From a virus, in IMG/VR virus record IMGVR_UViG_3300044837_000112, positions 14,972-78,971 of that record: a stretch of 64,000 bases of DNA; one strand, written 5' to 3'. The stretch's first letter is position 1. Each line of letters opens with the position of its first letter. The position numbers were made by a program, and so were the translations under genes. The notes under the pieces were generated by a model, which saw only the letters and a list, made by a program, of their open reading frames with translations, ran no database searches and was not told the DNA's origin. Positions 9,527-19,494 of this stretch are shown here, piece after piece.

Positions 9527-10247
9527 CGAGAACGGCCGGTACCACGACATCTGGTTGGGCGACAGCGCAGAGCTGGCCACGAAGTTCAAGCCAGGAACGA
9601 TCAACTGTGTCATCACAGATCCACCGTTCGGCGTCGACAACCAGAGCAACATGGCCGTCACTGCTGCCGGCAAGGCCAACGCACGGAAGATCGCGAACGA
9701 CGAGTCGCCAGAAGTAGCTATCAAGGTCTTCAACCAGGTGATGGACGAACTGCTTCCGAGGACCGCCGATAACGCCGACCTCTACATATTCACCGCGCAG
9801 CAGGTCCTGAAGGATTGGCTCGGCGTGGCGGACGAACTAGGCCGTCACGGGTACGCCCGGTGTGCTACATTGGTCTGGGTCAAGGACGGTCCGGGCATGG
9901 GCGACCTAGAAACGTGGGGCCAGGGGTACGAATTCATCCTGTTCCTCAAGAAGGGCCGACGCCCAAGATCGGACGGAGTCAACCGTCGATCCGGGATTCT
10001 GACGTTCCCACAGTTGCGACCTAGCGATCTCATTCACCCTCACGAGAAGCCAGTGCCGCTTCTTACTGAACTGATCCGATGGTCCACCAATCCTGGTGAC
10101 TGGATCGTCGATCCTTTTAGTGGGTCCGGGTCGACGGTACGTGCAGCAAAAGCAAACGGTCGGAACTCGATCGGCATGGAGCTTGATCCCCATAATCATG
10201 CCAGGGCACACGAAAAGCTCACGACAGGTGAGTCAGAACTCTTTTAA
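9516..10247 (+). CDS. DNA adenine/N4-cytosine methyltransferase (beta class)
   Basis: ITDPPF motif IV, HPHEKP, DPFSGSGST SAM-binding motif I. Confidence 0.92.
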   Translation: MPYDENGRYHDIWLGDSAELATKFKPGTINCVITDPPFGVDNQSNMAVTAAGKANARKIANDESPEVAIKVFNQVMDELLPRTADNADLYIFTAQQVLKDWLGVADELGRHGYARCATLVWVKDGPGMGDLETWGQGYEFILFLKKGRRPRSDGVNRRSGILTFPQLRPSDLIHPHEKPVPLLTELIRWSTNPGDWIVDPFSGSGSTVRAAKANGRNSIGMELDPHNHARAHEKLTTGESELF

Positions 10248-10259
10248 GGGGACCAGCGC

Positions 10260-10766
10260 ATGGCCGAGCCGCGCAACATTGAACGGAAGCCCTTCGTGAT
10301 CGTAAGGCCGGTTGATCAGTTCCAAAGGGCAGGCGAGTTGGATGCTCCAGATCTCACGAAGGCGCGGAAGGTGCATGCCTTCTCTGTGAAGGCGCCCCTC
10401 GCGTCCAACGGAAGCACTGTTGATCTGCGCCCGCAGTCGGTACCGACCGACGTGGATCTGACCGTCCCAAAAGCGACGGAGGTGACGACGCCGACTGTGG
10501 ACTCGTCTGCGACCGTCAGTGCCTCCTCCTCCGAGACCGACTCGTCAGAGACTGGGTCCACTCCGGAGCCGAAGGAAGTAGCCCCCCCGAGTTCGCCGTC
10601 GGAAAGCCCGGAGACGCCTGCAGTTGTGGAGAAGGATACTCCCGAGATGGACATGGTGGAACTGCCGGTCTACCCTGTCCTCGAACCGAAGGTGCAGCCA
10701 GGGATGGCATTTCCTTCGCTTCCAGCGGTTCTCACGCTTCCGCCAAAGTCGACAACCCCTTCGTAG
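10260..10766 (+). CDS. Hypothetical low-complexity Ser/Pro/Thr-rich protein
   Basis: AAGGGG RBS; open frame between MTase and WhiB. Confidence 0.55.
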   Translation: MAEPRNIERKPFVIVRPVDQFQRAGELDAPDLTKARKVHAFSVKAPLASNGSTVDLRPQSVPTDVDLTVPKATEVTTPTVDSSATVSASSSETDSSETGSTPEPKEVAPPSSPSESPETPAVVEKDTPEMDMVELPVYPVLEPKVQPGMAFPSLPAVLTLPPKSTTPS

Positions 10767-10780
10767 TTCGCGAACCCTGG

Positions 10781-11008
10781 ATGCTCGAAGCCGCCTGTCC
10801 AGGCAAGGCCCTAGTGACAGATGCGAACGGTAATGTACGTGATATCTTCTTCCCTCGCAAGGGAGAAAGCGCCGACGACGGCATAGCAGTTTGCTTCGTC
10901 TGCACAAAGATACCAGAGTGTGACAGTTGGGCCACCAGGTCCAATGCTCGCCACGGGATCTGGGGTGGTCGGCGTAGGGGAGGTTTAAATGATTCCAAGA
11001 ACCATTAG
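10781..11008 (+). CDS. whiB: WhiB-family Fe-S transcription factor
   Basis: AAC...DIFFP...C..C....EC...GIWGG: four Cys plus the GIWGG turn. Confidence 0.88.
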   Translation: MLEAACPGKALVTDANGNVRDIFFPRKGESADDGIAVCFVCTKIPECDSWATRSNARHGIWGGRRRGGLNDSKNH

Positions 11009-12149
11009 CGCTACTTCGCTGCAAACCTTCGTGGAATGTCCGGCGAAGTTCCAGGCGATGATGATTGACCGCGCGGGCACCTTCAGTGGCGACGCTGCGA
11101 CGCTAGGTAGCTGTCTGCACTCTGTGCTGGAAGAGTTCGTCAATCCAGTCGACATGGCTGTTGGTAACTGGGACTGGGATAAGATGGAGTTCCTGTGGTT
11201 CTCCGCTTGGCTGAAGTTCTTTCCGGGCCAGCCGCCGCGTGGTGATATCTGGGACGACGGCCTAAAGATTCTGCAAGGTTGGTTTAATCGGACTGGCATG
11301 CTACAGGACATCCAAGAGGGCGTCGTCGTCTCTCGAGAGATTAAGCACTTCTTTCCGGTGCCGTATCTGTACGAAGGCGAGAAAGGCGAAGTCAACTTCA
11401 ACTACATCATCGACCGGCTCGATCAGATCGATGACACTACCTGGCGCGTTGTGGACTACAAGTCGCAGCGGATTCCGTGGTCGGCTGAGGAGATGCGGAA
11501 GAAGCTGCAGGTCCTCCTCTACGCGTTAGCCGTCAAGATAGCGCACCCGGAGGCGACGAAGATCTGGGTGCAGTTCGACTTCCTGCGCTCCGGTACCGTC
11601 TCGGTGTTGTTCGAGTACGATGACCTGGTCGACGCCTGGAGACTGGTAAAGACTCTGCTGCAGCAGGTAGTCGACACGGACGTGGACGCTACGCCCGAGC
11701 GGCTGAACGAGAACTGTGGCTACTGCGTGCGCAAGCTGCGCTGTATAACCCTGCTGAAGCACCGGGTCCACGGCATCCTCGGCATGTCGGAGGATGACCT
11801 CGCAGCCGCATACCTGGATCTCAAGGATTCCATCAAGGCCCTCGGTATCCTGAAGGAGGAGATCGAGAATTCCTTCCTAGTAAAGGCGGCGGCGGAGGAT
11901 ATCCTCGACTGGTATACCGAAGAGGGTATGCTGATCAAGGTAACGGCGCCGTCGCGGCGCAGCATTAACCGTGACAGGATGTCCGACATCCTCGGCAAAG
12001 AACTAATGACAAAGTACGGCCGGATCAACGTCGGAGATCTTGATACCCTCCGTGCCGATCCGGCCCTTACCTTTGAACAGAAATCCTTGCTGAACTCTGC
12101 AATCGAGATGAAGCAGGGTGAACTGGGAATCTCAATCAAGAGGAAGTAG
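10989..12149 (+). CDS. Cas4/RecB-like PD-(D/E)XK exonuclease
   Basis: SATSL..F.ECP, IIDRLD, VVDYKS, Q...YA, C.YC....C. Confidence 0.9.
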   Translation: MIPRTISATSLQTFVECPAKFQAMMIDRAGTFSGDAATLGSCLHSVLEEFVNPVDMAVGNWDWDKMEFLWFSAWLKFFPGQPPRGDIWDDGLKILQGWFNRTGMLQDIQEGVVVSREIKHFFPVPYLYEGEKGEVNFNYIIDRLDQIDDTTWRVVDYKSQRIPWSAEEMRKKLQVLLYALAVKIAHPEATKIWVQFDFLRSGTVSVLFEYDDLVDAWRLVKTLLQQVVDTDVDATPERLNENCGYCVRKLRCITLLKHRVHGILGMSEDDLAAAYLDLKDSIKALGILKEEIENSFLVKAAAEDILDWYTEEGMLIKVTAPSRRSINRDRMSDILGKELMTKYGRINVGDLDTLRADPALTFEQKSLLNSAIEMKQGELGISIKRK

Positions 12150-12154
12150 AGTCC

Positions 12155-12583
12155 TCAATAATTCAGCAGTATCGTGAACGTCATGGGAAAGTCGTTCACG
12201 GTGATGGTGAACCAGTGATTGGTCCCACCGGTCACGTAGCCGAGTCGTTGCCAGCCACCTGCACCGGGCACAAGCCAGCCGGACGCGATCACAGACCCAG
12301 TGCCACCGGTCGCCGACGTGTACTGGATCAGCTTGAACGTTGCAGGCTGGTTATCACTTGGCGTGTAGTCCTTGTAGTTGACCTCGCCACAGCTGGGCGA
12401 CTCCTTGACGCGCGAGTAGAGACCGTTGCCGGTACCTCCACGCGTGGCCGTGGCGCAGCCTTCCGGCGGTATAACCGTGTGGGGGCTGATAACTCCGACA
12501 TGGGGCGCAGCCGCCTGGGCGGCGGACACTGGCACTGCGATGAGGCCAGCTGCCAGCACGAGTGCAACGAAGAACTTGCGCAT
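12155..12583 (-). CDS. Secreted protein with signal peptide
   Basis: MRKFFVALVLAAGLIAVPVSAAQA signal peptide; AAAGG RBS. Confidence 0.7.
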   Translation of the reverse strand: MRKFFVALVLAAGLIAVPVSAAQAAAPHVGVISPHTVIPPEGCATATRGGTGNGLYSRVKESPSCGEVNYKDYTPSDNQPATFKLIQYTSATGGTGSVIASGWLVPGAGGWQRLGYVTGGTNHWFTITVNDFPMTFTILLNY

Positions 12584-12595
12584 GCAATTACCTTT

Positions 12596-13075
12596 CTATC
12601 GGTGCTTCTTTGACGGACTCGTGGAGGGAGTAGGACTCGGAATGCGTACTGGCGCGAAGTTGCCGGTGCAGCGGAGGGCCGTACGACCTGCTAGGATTGC
12701 CTGGTAGCTCTGGATGTACTGGTCGCGAAGTGGGCCAGCGGGACGAAGCTCCGGGTGGTAGCCGGTCAGTATTAGATTCCAGACCGGACACAGTACGATG
12801 CTCGAAGTGATATCCTGCTGGTGTCGTACCTGTTGTTCGACGTTAAACAGGTAGCCGGTCAGTACAACATCGAAAAGGAAACTGATAATCAGCGCAACAG
12901 TTGAGTACCAGTTAATCTTACTGCGCTTCGTCGTGGTCGCTAGCTGGGCCGACATTGCACCCGCCAGCGTTGTCACGATTCCAGTGAGTTGCGCAAGCTC
13001 TTGTTTGATGCCACCCGCTTCCTGGGCAAGCGTCTCGGCCGCCTGGGAGTCATGTACTTCTATAGGCTCGGTCAT
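12596..13075 (-). CDS. Membrane protein of lysis cassette
   Basis: Coiled coil, one TM helix, Cys pair; GGAG RBS before ATG 13075. Confidence 0.6.
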   Translation of the reverse strand: MTEPIEVHDSQAAETLAQEAGGIKQELAQLTGIVTTLAGAMSAQLATTTKRSKINWYSTVALIISFLFDVVLTGYLFNVEQQVRHQQDITSSIVLCPVWNLILTGYHPELRPAGPLRDQYIQSYQAILAGRTALRCTGNFAPVRIPSPTPSTSPSKKHR

Positions 13076-13076
13076 C

Positions 13077-13262
13077 TCAACTCCCCCCATGCTTCTTTCG
13101 TCTCTCTACCTTGCGTTCTTCTTGTGCCGCTATCTCTTCTAGCTTGTCTGTGAAGTCGCCGAGACGCCCAGTGAGGTGATCGAGGAGCGCCTTCGTCTCC
13201 CGCGAATGGATGACGATCGGATCGTCCTCTACCGCCAGTGCTGGTCCACGACGCCATGCCAC
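13077..13262 (-). CDS. Small coiled-coil protein of lysis cassette
   Basis: GTG start one base after upstream TGA; same frame as ORF 13077..13310. Confidence 0.45.
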   Translation of the reverse strand: MAWRRGPALAVEDDPIVIHSRETKALLDHLTGRLGDFTDKLEEIAAQEERKVERRKKHGGS

Positions 13263-13263
13263 T

Positions 13264-13539
13264 TCAGGGCCTTCTCTCGTCGAACAACGCCAGGACGCGA
13301 GCAGTTGCATCTGTTGCTCGCGTCAACTGGGCGATGACGTTGTCGCGGAGGGTATCGTTCAGGAGTTTTAGTTCTGCCTCCGCGCGGTCGGCGCGCATCA
13401 CCTCGCGCTCGTTGTTCTTCTGAAGCATGTTGAACAGCTTCACAAGACCGTAGAGCGCGAGGAGCGCGACGACACCGACGATGCCGTACTGAAGGAACGC
13501 ACCTGTTGGGTCTGGAGCAGCCCCTTCAGCAGGCGTCAT
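13264..13539 (-). CDS. Holin-like membrane protein
   Basis: Single TM helix then coiled coil; AGGAGG RBS; next to endolysin. Confidence 0.65.
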   Translation of the reverse strand: MTPAEGAAPDPTGAFLQYGIVGVVALLALYGLVKLFNMLQKNNEREVMRADRAEAELKLLNDTLRDNVIAQLTRATDATARVLALFDERRP

Positions 13540-13565
13540 CGGTGCCTCCTAGCTTTGCCTGCCGC

Positions 13566-14258
13566 CTATTCGCCGAGCTTCGACGTAGGCGAGTGGGGCG
13601 TCGCGACTGATGGGGTGGGCGGCGCGACCGGGGCGGTCTGCGCCGCGATCTTGTCGAGGTCCTTGATCATCTGCGGGTTCTGGATGTTGACCTCGGTGTT
13701 TGTCCGAGCGCGCAGCTGCACCAGCAACTGTGCGACCGTACCCTTGTCCGGCAGTGTGTACTCCATGATCGCCTTCGCGATCTCGTCAGCAGTAGGCATG
13801 TCGCCCTCCATGAAATCGATGAGTGAGACGGGGGGAATGTACGCTTCGGCAACCAGGTCGTAACCAGTCCCGGTTGCCGCGTTCTTGCCTGTCGAGCCGT
13901 GCTTGCTGGACACGTGGATGTGATCCTTGTGCCGGTCGCGGTTCGGGTTGTTCGGCTGATAGGGCGCACCCTTCCAGCCGTTGGCCTCATTGCGGCCGTA
14001 GATCCGGTCGTCGTGAATCACGTACTGTAGGTCGGTGACGTCGCCGAGCAGCCACGCCAGGATGATCGGGGCGGCGGCAGCATAGGACGTGTCGGTCCTG
14101 GTCATGATGTCGAGCGCATGCCAGATACCACGCGAATCAGCGTTGTGGTCCGACCTCTCGGACTGATGCTTGGGGTCTCCAAAGGAGAAGATCGTCATCG
14201 CCGGATAGACGGCGTGGACCATCGCCTGGCGAGCGGCGAGGTTCCTGGCGAGTGGCAT
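13566..14258 (-). CDS. Endolysin (Zn peptidase, M15-like)
   Basis: SDH......HALDI ... YVI...RI ... H.DHIHVS Zn-peptidase motifs; ATG overlaps holin TGA. Confidence 0.8.
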   Translation of the reverse strand: MPLARNLAARQAMVHAVYPAMTIFSFGDPKHQSERSDHNADSRGIWHALDIMTRTDTSYAAAAPIILAWLLGDVTDLQYVIHDDRIYGRNEANGWKGAPYQPNNPNRDRHKDHIHVSSKHGSTGKNAATGTGYDLVAEAYIPPVSLIDFMEGDMPTADEIAKAIMEYTLPDKGTVAQLLVQLRARTNTEVNIQNPQMIKDLDKIAAQTAPVAPPTPSVATPHSPTSKLGE

Positions 14259-14722
14259 CACTTGCCTCCGATGCTGGGGGGTGGTGGAAGATACAGGGGT
14301 AGGCCAGTTATCGGCCGAGGTGTAGCGGGAGTGTCCGCAGCAGTGTTTACCACCGCGACTGCATCGGTTGCAACAGCGAGCCCTGCGGCAACGTGACTCG
14401 GATCGTTGACGGGATCGGGCTTGTAGACAACGACACGTTGATTTGCCGTGACTGCACCGCGAGTCCAGAACGCCTGGACGAGTCCCACGACTGCAGTAGC
14501 AAGAGCAATAACAGCTCCAGTACTCTGATCTGAGACAACCAGTCCAGCCGCACCAGCAAGCGCAGCAACGGCAACCACTGCACCTCGATACATGGCCGGT
14601 TCGAGGTGCGTGAGGTGCCACCAGAATCCAACGTCCTCCGGGATGCCGTCGGCATGAAAGTCAACCGCCTCGTCCTTGAGAAGCTCCAGCCCCTTTACGA
14701 GCTGACTTACATTGAGCGCCAT
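14258..14722 (-). CDS. Holin
   Basis: EPA....AVVAV two TM helices ending R..VT, typical of actinophage holins; GGAGG RBS. Confidence 0.7.
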   Translation of the reverse strand: MALNVSQLVKGLELLKDEAVDFHADGIPEDVGFWWHLTHLEPAMYRGAVVAVAALAGAAGLVVSDQSTGAVIALATAVVGLVQAFWTRGAVTANQRVVVYKPDPVNDPSHVAAGLAVATDAVAVVNTAADTPATPRPITGLPLYLPPPPSIGGK

Positions 14723-14788
14723 ATGGGAACCTCCGGGTCCTACGATGGCTTTGTGGTAGCTAGAATACACCCGTGGGCTGCCGTGGGT

Positions 14789-15112
14789 CTACTTCTTCTT
14801 GGGCCCGTGTTTAGCCGAGTCCCAATGCTCCAGTCGGACCGGACCGTCGTCGAACAGGCCGACAATATCGTGTATCTCCTGCTGGCAGTGACCACAGTGT
14901 GCCCGGAAAAGACCATCGACGTTGTCGGCGCATCTGCCCGGATTATGGACTCCGTCCATAATACAGCCTGACGTATGGCAGGTCATGTAGACATCGACAG
15001 TATGCCAGTCATCCCCTTCGGGGAAGTTTCCCTGACCTGCTGGCTTCTTGGATTCCACCAGCAGCAATGCACGATGCGCCTGTGACCTTGCTAGATGCTC
15101 GTGATGCTTCAC
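14789..15112 (-). CDS. Hypothetical Cys/His-rich protein
   Basis: AAGGAGG RBS; C....C and C..C motifs. Confidence 0.65.
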   Translation of the reverse strand: MKHHEHLARSQAHRALLLVESKKPAGQGNFPEGDDWHTVDVYMTCHTSGCIMDGVHNPGRCADNVDGLFRAHCGHCQQEIHDIVGLFDDGPVRLEHWDSAKHGPKKK

Positions 15113-15123
15113 GGTTCACCTCC

Positions 15124-17538
15124 TTACGGGGCTCGGTAAATCCTATACGAAATAAGTGTTCCACCTGTAGTTGTCCTCATGAGCCACACCAGTGCACTGG
15201 TAGATCCGAGACCATTCCAGCCGGTAGCTACACCCATGAGATTAGTATTAGGAGACGTTAGCATATTTTCTGTGCCAGTACCAGTAATCGTAAAAGACAG
15301 TGTTGAACTTATTGGAGTATTGGCAACAGCCGTGGTAACAGTAACGTTACCAATAACCTCATTACCGACCGATAAGGCGCCCGGAACAGTCGTCGTCGTC
15401 CCAGAATCACCGAGGACAACAGTTCCACCGACGAACTGCCCATTAACCTTGGCCGTCGATCCACTGGAGTCGACGATTGCAATGAGGACAGCCCACTCTG
15501 GCGGCGACCAGTAGCCAGCACAAGCCAAGTTGTCGACGATGAACAGACCACCGACCAGGCGGGCGTCGGCGTTCTGATATGTCTTCTGCGGCACACTCTG
15601 TGCCAGTACTCCTGGTGGGATTCCCCACCAGAGCGACTGATTCGCGGCGAGTGGCACGCCCGACGCGGTACAGGTAACGAATGGCGAGCCCGTGAAGATA
15701 TTAGCAGGGTAAACATTGATCGTGCCTGACGTCGGACATGGGAGTATTGCCTTGCCAACATTGAGGCCACGCCGCGATCGGCCGATGCCAGCGATCTCAA
15801 ACTGTGAACTCCACTTTAGGAACCCACTAATATAACTTGTGGTGCTTCCAGTTGAAGAGTGCGACAGAACCGCAGCACCGCGTTGTCCGATCAACAGATC
15901 TGGATTACGCCACGGACCCGTACTGGCTGCCGAAGTCGGGAACTGATAACTGGTCCCAGTAGTACTCCAGGGGTTGTTACCGTCGCTGTAGCCGAGGATG
16001 CCATTGTTCAGCGGCGGTGCTGTGTCATACTCGAAAACGACGAGACCTGTCTTCGTACTCTTGGGATAATTCCAGGAGTTAAGATTTTTGAAGCGAACAA
16101 CGAAAGGAACGTTATTCGAGTTGTTGTTAAACTGAAGAAAATCAAGGTAGATACGAATCCAGATCTCACCAGGTGAGGTCGTAACGTCTACACCGGGCGC
16201 ACCGTGAATCGTCTGGCGCATGCCAATCTCGAGCGAGTAGTCACTCTGTGAACTCATATCGTTAGGAGAGAACTGGAAGATACCACAGTAGAAGATAGTA
16301 GTCGTTGCCGGAGTACCAGCAATCTGAATGTAAGGATTACAGTATGCAGCATTCACAGGCGCAGAGAAGGTAGCAAAAACACTGGTCCATGTAGTCGCTA
16401 CCAGGTTAGTCGGCAATGGCGACGCAACAGTACTAATAAGTGTGTTAGCGCTGTCATACCAGTCAATGCCGATGCGGGAGTCAGCTGTCGTCACAGTCGC
16501 GTACAGTCTAGTACTCACCAGATAGCTAGCGTTTGGAACGACCGAGTAACGCGTCGTCGCTCCCTCTGCCACCTTGAGCACCGCATGCGAGACGTTCGAT
16601 TGCATCTTCATCGATGCCACAGCAAACGAGGCGGTATCGATCGGCGTTGATACCGCAGTAACTGTCACCTGCGTATCGGCGCTGTTATTCCAATCGTACA
16701 GGTTTGGCACGCCAGCCAGATCGAAGTATTGATGCGCATTCAGAACCGAACCGACCGGTGCGTTCTCGTACTGGTAATAGTCTGCCAGTAACTTGTACCA
16801 AGTATCCTGAGAGCCACCATAGCCGTTTGGTGGGCCATTGAAACAGTTACCACCAGACATGAATGCCTGATCAAAAAGACTAGTGCCAAAACGATATCTG
16901 TTTGTACCAATCGGCGACGCTACCTCTACTTCAAACAGTCCATCCCAGATGTCATTTTGATCGCTAAATCCTGCGCGCTGGTCAACTGCGAAGTTACGAG
17001 TGAAGGGGCCGATGTTGATCGCGTACGGCCCACCAGACTTCGGAAGAGTTCCATCACCGGTCCACATCGTCCGAAACGTATAGTCTGCACCACGGACGTA
17101 CTCTGGGGCGCCGGTTGCACCGAGGGCAATTGTCTGATTACCAGAAGTCGCCCAGTCGCTGGCAAATTGGCCGCCAGTGAGGATTTCGGTAACGTAGAGA
17201 GAACCAAAGAATGATTGGACAAGGACCTGCGAACCGATGCCCTGCGTAGACGTAGAGACAGAGCCAGAAAACTTTGTGTCCCAAATTCCGGGCAGGGTAG
17301 ACGGGAACAGATTAACTGTGATTGACTGCGTATCACTCGGAAACCAGACCTGAGCACGGTAATTAGTGAAGTCAACGGAAACGACCCTACCCTTCTTGGC
17401 TGGTGGATTGAGACTGTTGCCAACCTTCTCGATGTGCCTTGTAAGGATGTCTCGGATGGCAGCAGCCGTGGAAGGATGATCAAATCCCTTGGTGTCGGGC
17501 GGCGCAGGCATCCCCTGAACATCTACTGGGCTTGTCAT
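15124..17538 (-). CDS. Minor tail / receptor-binding protein with CBM-like domain
   Basis: Beta-rich, Thr/Ser-rich; IGIDWYDS...TWT....AP.NA.Y CBM4/9-like segment; position after hub protein. Confidence 0.7.
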   Translation of the reverse strand: MTSPVDVQGMPAPPDTKGFDHPSTAAAIRDILTRHIEKVGNSLNPPAKKGRVVSVDFTNYRAQVWFPSDTQSITVNLFPSTLPGIWDTKFSGSVSTSTQGIGSQVLVQSFFGSLYVTEILTGGQFASDWATSGNQTIALGATGAPEYVRGADYTFRTMWTGDGTLPKSGGPYAINIGPFTRNFAVDQRAGFSDQNDIWDGLFEVEVASPIGTNRYRFGTSLFDQAFMSGGNCFNGPPNGYGGSQDTWYKLLADYYQYENAPVGSVLNAHQYFDLAGVPNLYDWNNSADTQVTVTAVSTPIDTASFAVASMKMQSNVSHAVLKVAEGATTRYSVVPNASYLVSTRLYATVTTADSRIGIDWYDSANTLISTVASPLPTNLVATTWTSVFATFSAPVNAAYCNPYIQIAGTPATTTIFYCGIFQFSPNDMSSQSDYSLEIGMRQTIHGAPGVDVTTSPGEIWIRIYLDFLQFNNNSNNVPFVVRFKNLNSWNYPKSTKTGLVVFEYDTAPPLNNGILGYSDGNNPWSTTGTSYQFPTSAASTGPWRNPDLLIGQRGAAVLSHSSTGSTTSYISGFLKWSSQFEIAGIGRSRRGLNVGKAILPCPTSGTINVYPANIFTGSPFVTCTASGVPLAANQSLWWGIPPGVLAQSVPQKTYQNADARLVGGLFIVDNLACAGYWSPPEWAVLIAIVDSSGSTAKVNGQFVGGTVVLGDSGTTTTVPGALSVGNEVIGNVTVTTAVANTPISSTLSFTITGTGTENMLTSPNTNLMGVATGWNGLGSTSALVWLMRTTTGGTLISYRIYRAP

Positions 17539-19310
17539 GCCGCCACTCCCGTCACTGCAGGCGTTCCAACGATTGTAACGCGCTTCGCCGTGCCAGTCAT
17601 CGCGCCAAGGTTCATCGGCAGCGTATAAGAACTCAGCAGGAATCGCGTCGGAATATAGGTATTACCACTCGGATCAATGACCTCGATGATGTCGTTCGCA
17701 TCGATCCATGGCAGAATGAGGGTCGAGAAGTCGATCGAAAACTCTTCGAGGCCATTCACGCGCAGCAGTGTATCTGCTAGCGCTTGACAGTCAGCAGTGG
17801 TTGTCAGCAGGTCTGAGGTGAACGGCAGAACTCGGTCACTCATGCGGAAGATGTTGGTAGGGGAGGACAGATCCGTGTTAACTGCCTCGCCATATGCCGT
17901 CGTACTCAGACCCGCATCATCCGTGACAGTGGCACCAGTCACGATGATGTGGTTCTTCAGGAGTGAGTCATCGCCGGTCTTCTTATAACTGACCATCGTT
18001 CCGCCGGAGCCACTGTGAATGCTGTACACCATCGGCGACAAAACTGGGTCCTGGAAAGGCCGCATCGTCAGGTATCCGTCTGGTGTGAAGTAAATCTCGT
18101 AACCAATTGCCGTAGCGATCGTCTTCATAACAGCCCAGCGCGCAGTACCGACTGGGAATACAGTAGCATCTTCGAAGAAGAGACCGGTTGCAGGCAGTCG
18201 GAACTTTCGCACACCTGCGTTGCCGGCCAGACCCTGAATGATCTGGTCAGCCGAAAAGGTAGTACCATACTCCAGCGAAGTAGTAAGATCAGAATTCAGG
18301 CACTGCTTCGCGTAATCACGTCCCGTGATATGGATCGTGTTCGGAAAGCGATCCTGGTCAATCGTGTCAACCATGAACTCGCCTACCTGCACCTCCCAGC
18401 GTCGGAGCGTAGGTCGCGCCTGCATCGCTGCCAGGGGCGAGTTGAAGTAGCCAAATGCGAACTGATCCAGATATAGTGCCGTGCCCGCGACAGGGCTGCC
18501 AGTAATGGACGGACCGCCTCGCGCGTACGAAGACCCAGCCGGTACCGTAAAGTTGGCCGTGATATATGTCCAGGTGTTTGCTGCCACCGTAATGGCAGGC
18601 GTACTACTTGTCGACTGATAATTCAGGTATCTGTCGTACCAGTCAATCGCGAGCCTTGCATTCGGAGTGCTCGAAGTCGCGAAGACCCAGCCAGCTATGT
18701 TGATGACCTGATTCTTTATGACTGTCGAGAAGCCAGGACGAGCAGTCGTCTGCGTGGGGGTTCCGACCGTCGTCATGACGCCAGAGAAATTGCCGGAGTA
18801 TGCGAAGGCGTTCGTCTGGGCAAAGGTGCCACCACCGATGGAATCCCAGCCAATTATACCTGTCTCGAACGTTCCATCCACTGACAACAGCGAGACGGGA
18901 GCATTAGTGGAAGCATTCGTAGACGATCTCTCGGTATGATAGTACTCAATTCCCCAGAATGCCTTGATGATGTTGTCGTACCAGAAGCCACCGTATGGGT
19001 CTTCATTCAGTGCGAAGTCAGTATTGTCTAGAGTAAAGTCCATCGCACGGCGCTCATCACGAGTGCCATCTACAGTTACGCTTCCACTAATGAGGCGTGC
19101 ATTCCAGTCGGTGATCGCCATCGGCGTCACACCATCGTTCTGGTAGATCTCCACACGCCGTCGAATCTGGACAACGCCACCCGTCAGTGCGGCGATCACC
19201 TCATCAGAGGGAATGCCGACTGTCGGAATTATTGGAGGGTAGCTGTAGACGTTGGATGGAGGTAACCCAAGTCCACCGATAATCGCTACGCTCGTGTCCG
19301 TATTTGTCAC
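17535..19310 (-). CDS. Minor tail (baseplate hub-like) protein with inserted CBM-like domain
   Basis: ISGSVTVD...RR, I.GRDY, YFTPDG.L hub motifs; DGTFETG...LAIDWY...TWTY CBM insert. Confidence 0.75.
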   Translation of the reverse strand: MTNTDTSVAIIGGLGLPPSNVYSYPPIIPTVGIPSDEVIAALTGGVVQIRRRVEIYQNDGVTPMAITDWNARLISGSVTVDGTRDERRAMDFTLDNTDFALNEDPYGGFWYDNIIKAFWGIEYYHTERSSTNASTNAPVSLLSVDGTFETGIIGWDSIGGGTFAQTNAFAYSGNFSGVMTTVGTPTQTTARPGFSTVIKNQVINIAGWVFATSSTPNARLAIDWYDRYLNYQSTSSTPAITVAANTWTYITANFTVPAGSSYARGGPSITGSPVAGTALYLDQFAFGYFNSPLAAMQARPTLRRWEVQVGEFMVDTIDQDRFPNTIHITGRDYAKQCLNSDLTTSLEYGTTFSADQIIQGLAGNAGVRKFRLPATGLFFEDATVFPVGTARWAVMKTIATAIGYEIYFTPDGYLTMRPFQDPVLSPMVYSIHSGSGGTMVSYKKTGDDSLLKNHIIVTGATVTDDAGLSTTAYGEAVNTDLSSPTNIFRMSDRVLPFTSDLLTTTADCQALADTLLRVNGLEEFSIDFSTLILPWIDANDIIEVIDPSGNTYIPTRFLLSSYTLPMNLGAMTGTAKRVTIVGTPAVTGVAA

Positions 19311-19317
19311 CGGACTC

Positions 19318-19482
19318 CTAGCTGGTCGTTAGAACGATGCCGCCCTCGCGGAGCATGGCAACCTGATGTCCAGGGTGAGACTTGCCCAGTTCGGCCCAGC
19401 CGCAGATGCAGCCACTGAAGTCGCGCCGCTGGTGGTCAATGAGAATCTTCTCGGCTGCCCTGTCTACTTCATCAGCAGTCAT
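19318..19482 (-). CDS. 54-aa His/Cys protein (not in ORF track)
   Basis: MTADEVDRAAEKILIDHQRRDFSGCICGWAELGKSHPGHQVAMLREGGIVLTTS; AGGAG RBS; fills the gap between two tail genes. Confidence 0.65.
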   Translation of the reverse strand: MTADEVDRAAEKILIDHQRRDFSGCICGWAELGKSHPGHQVAMLREGGIVLTTS

Positions 19483-19494
19483 ACCGGATAACTC

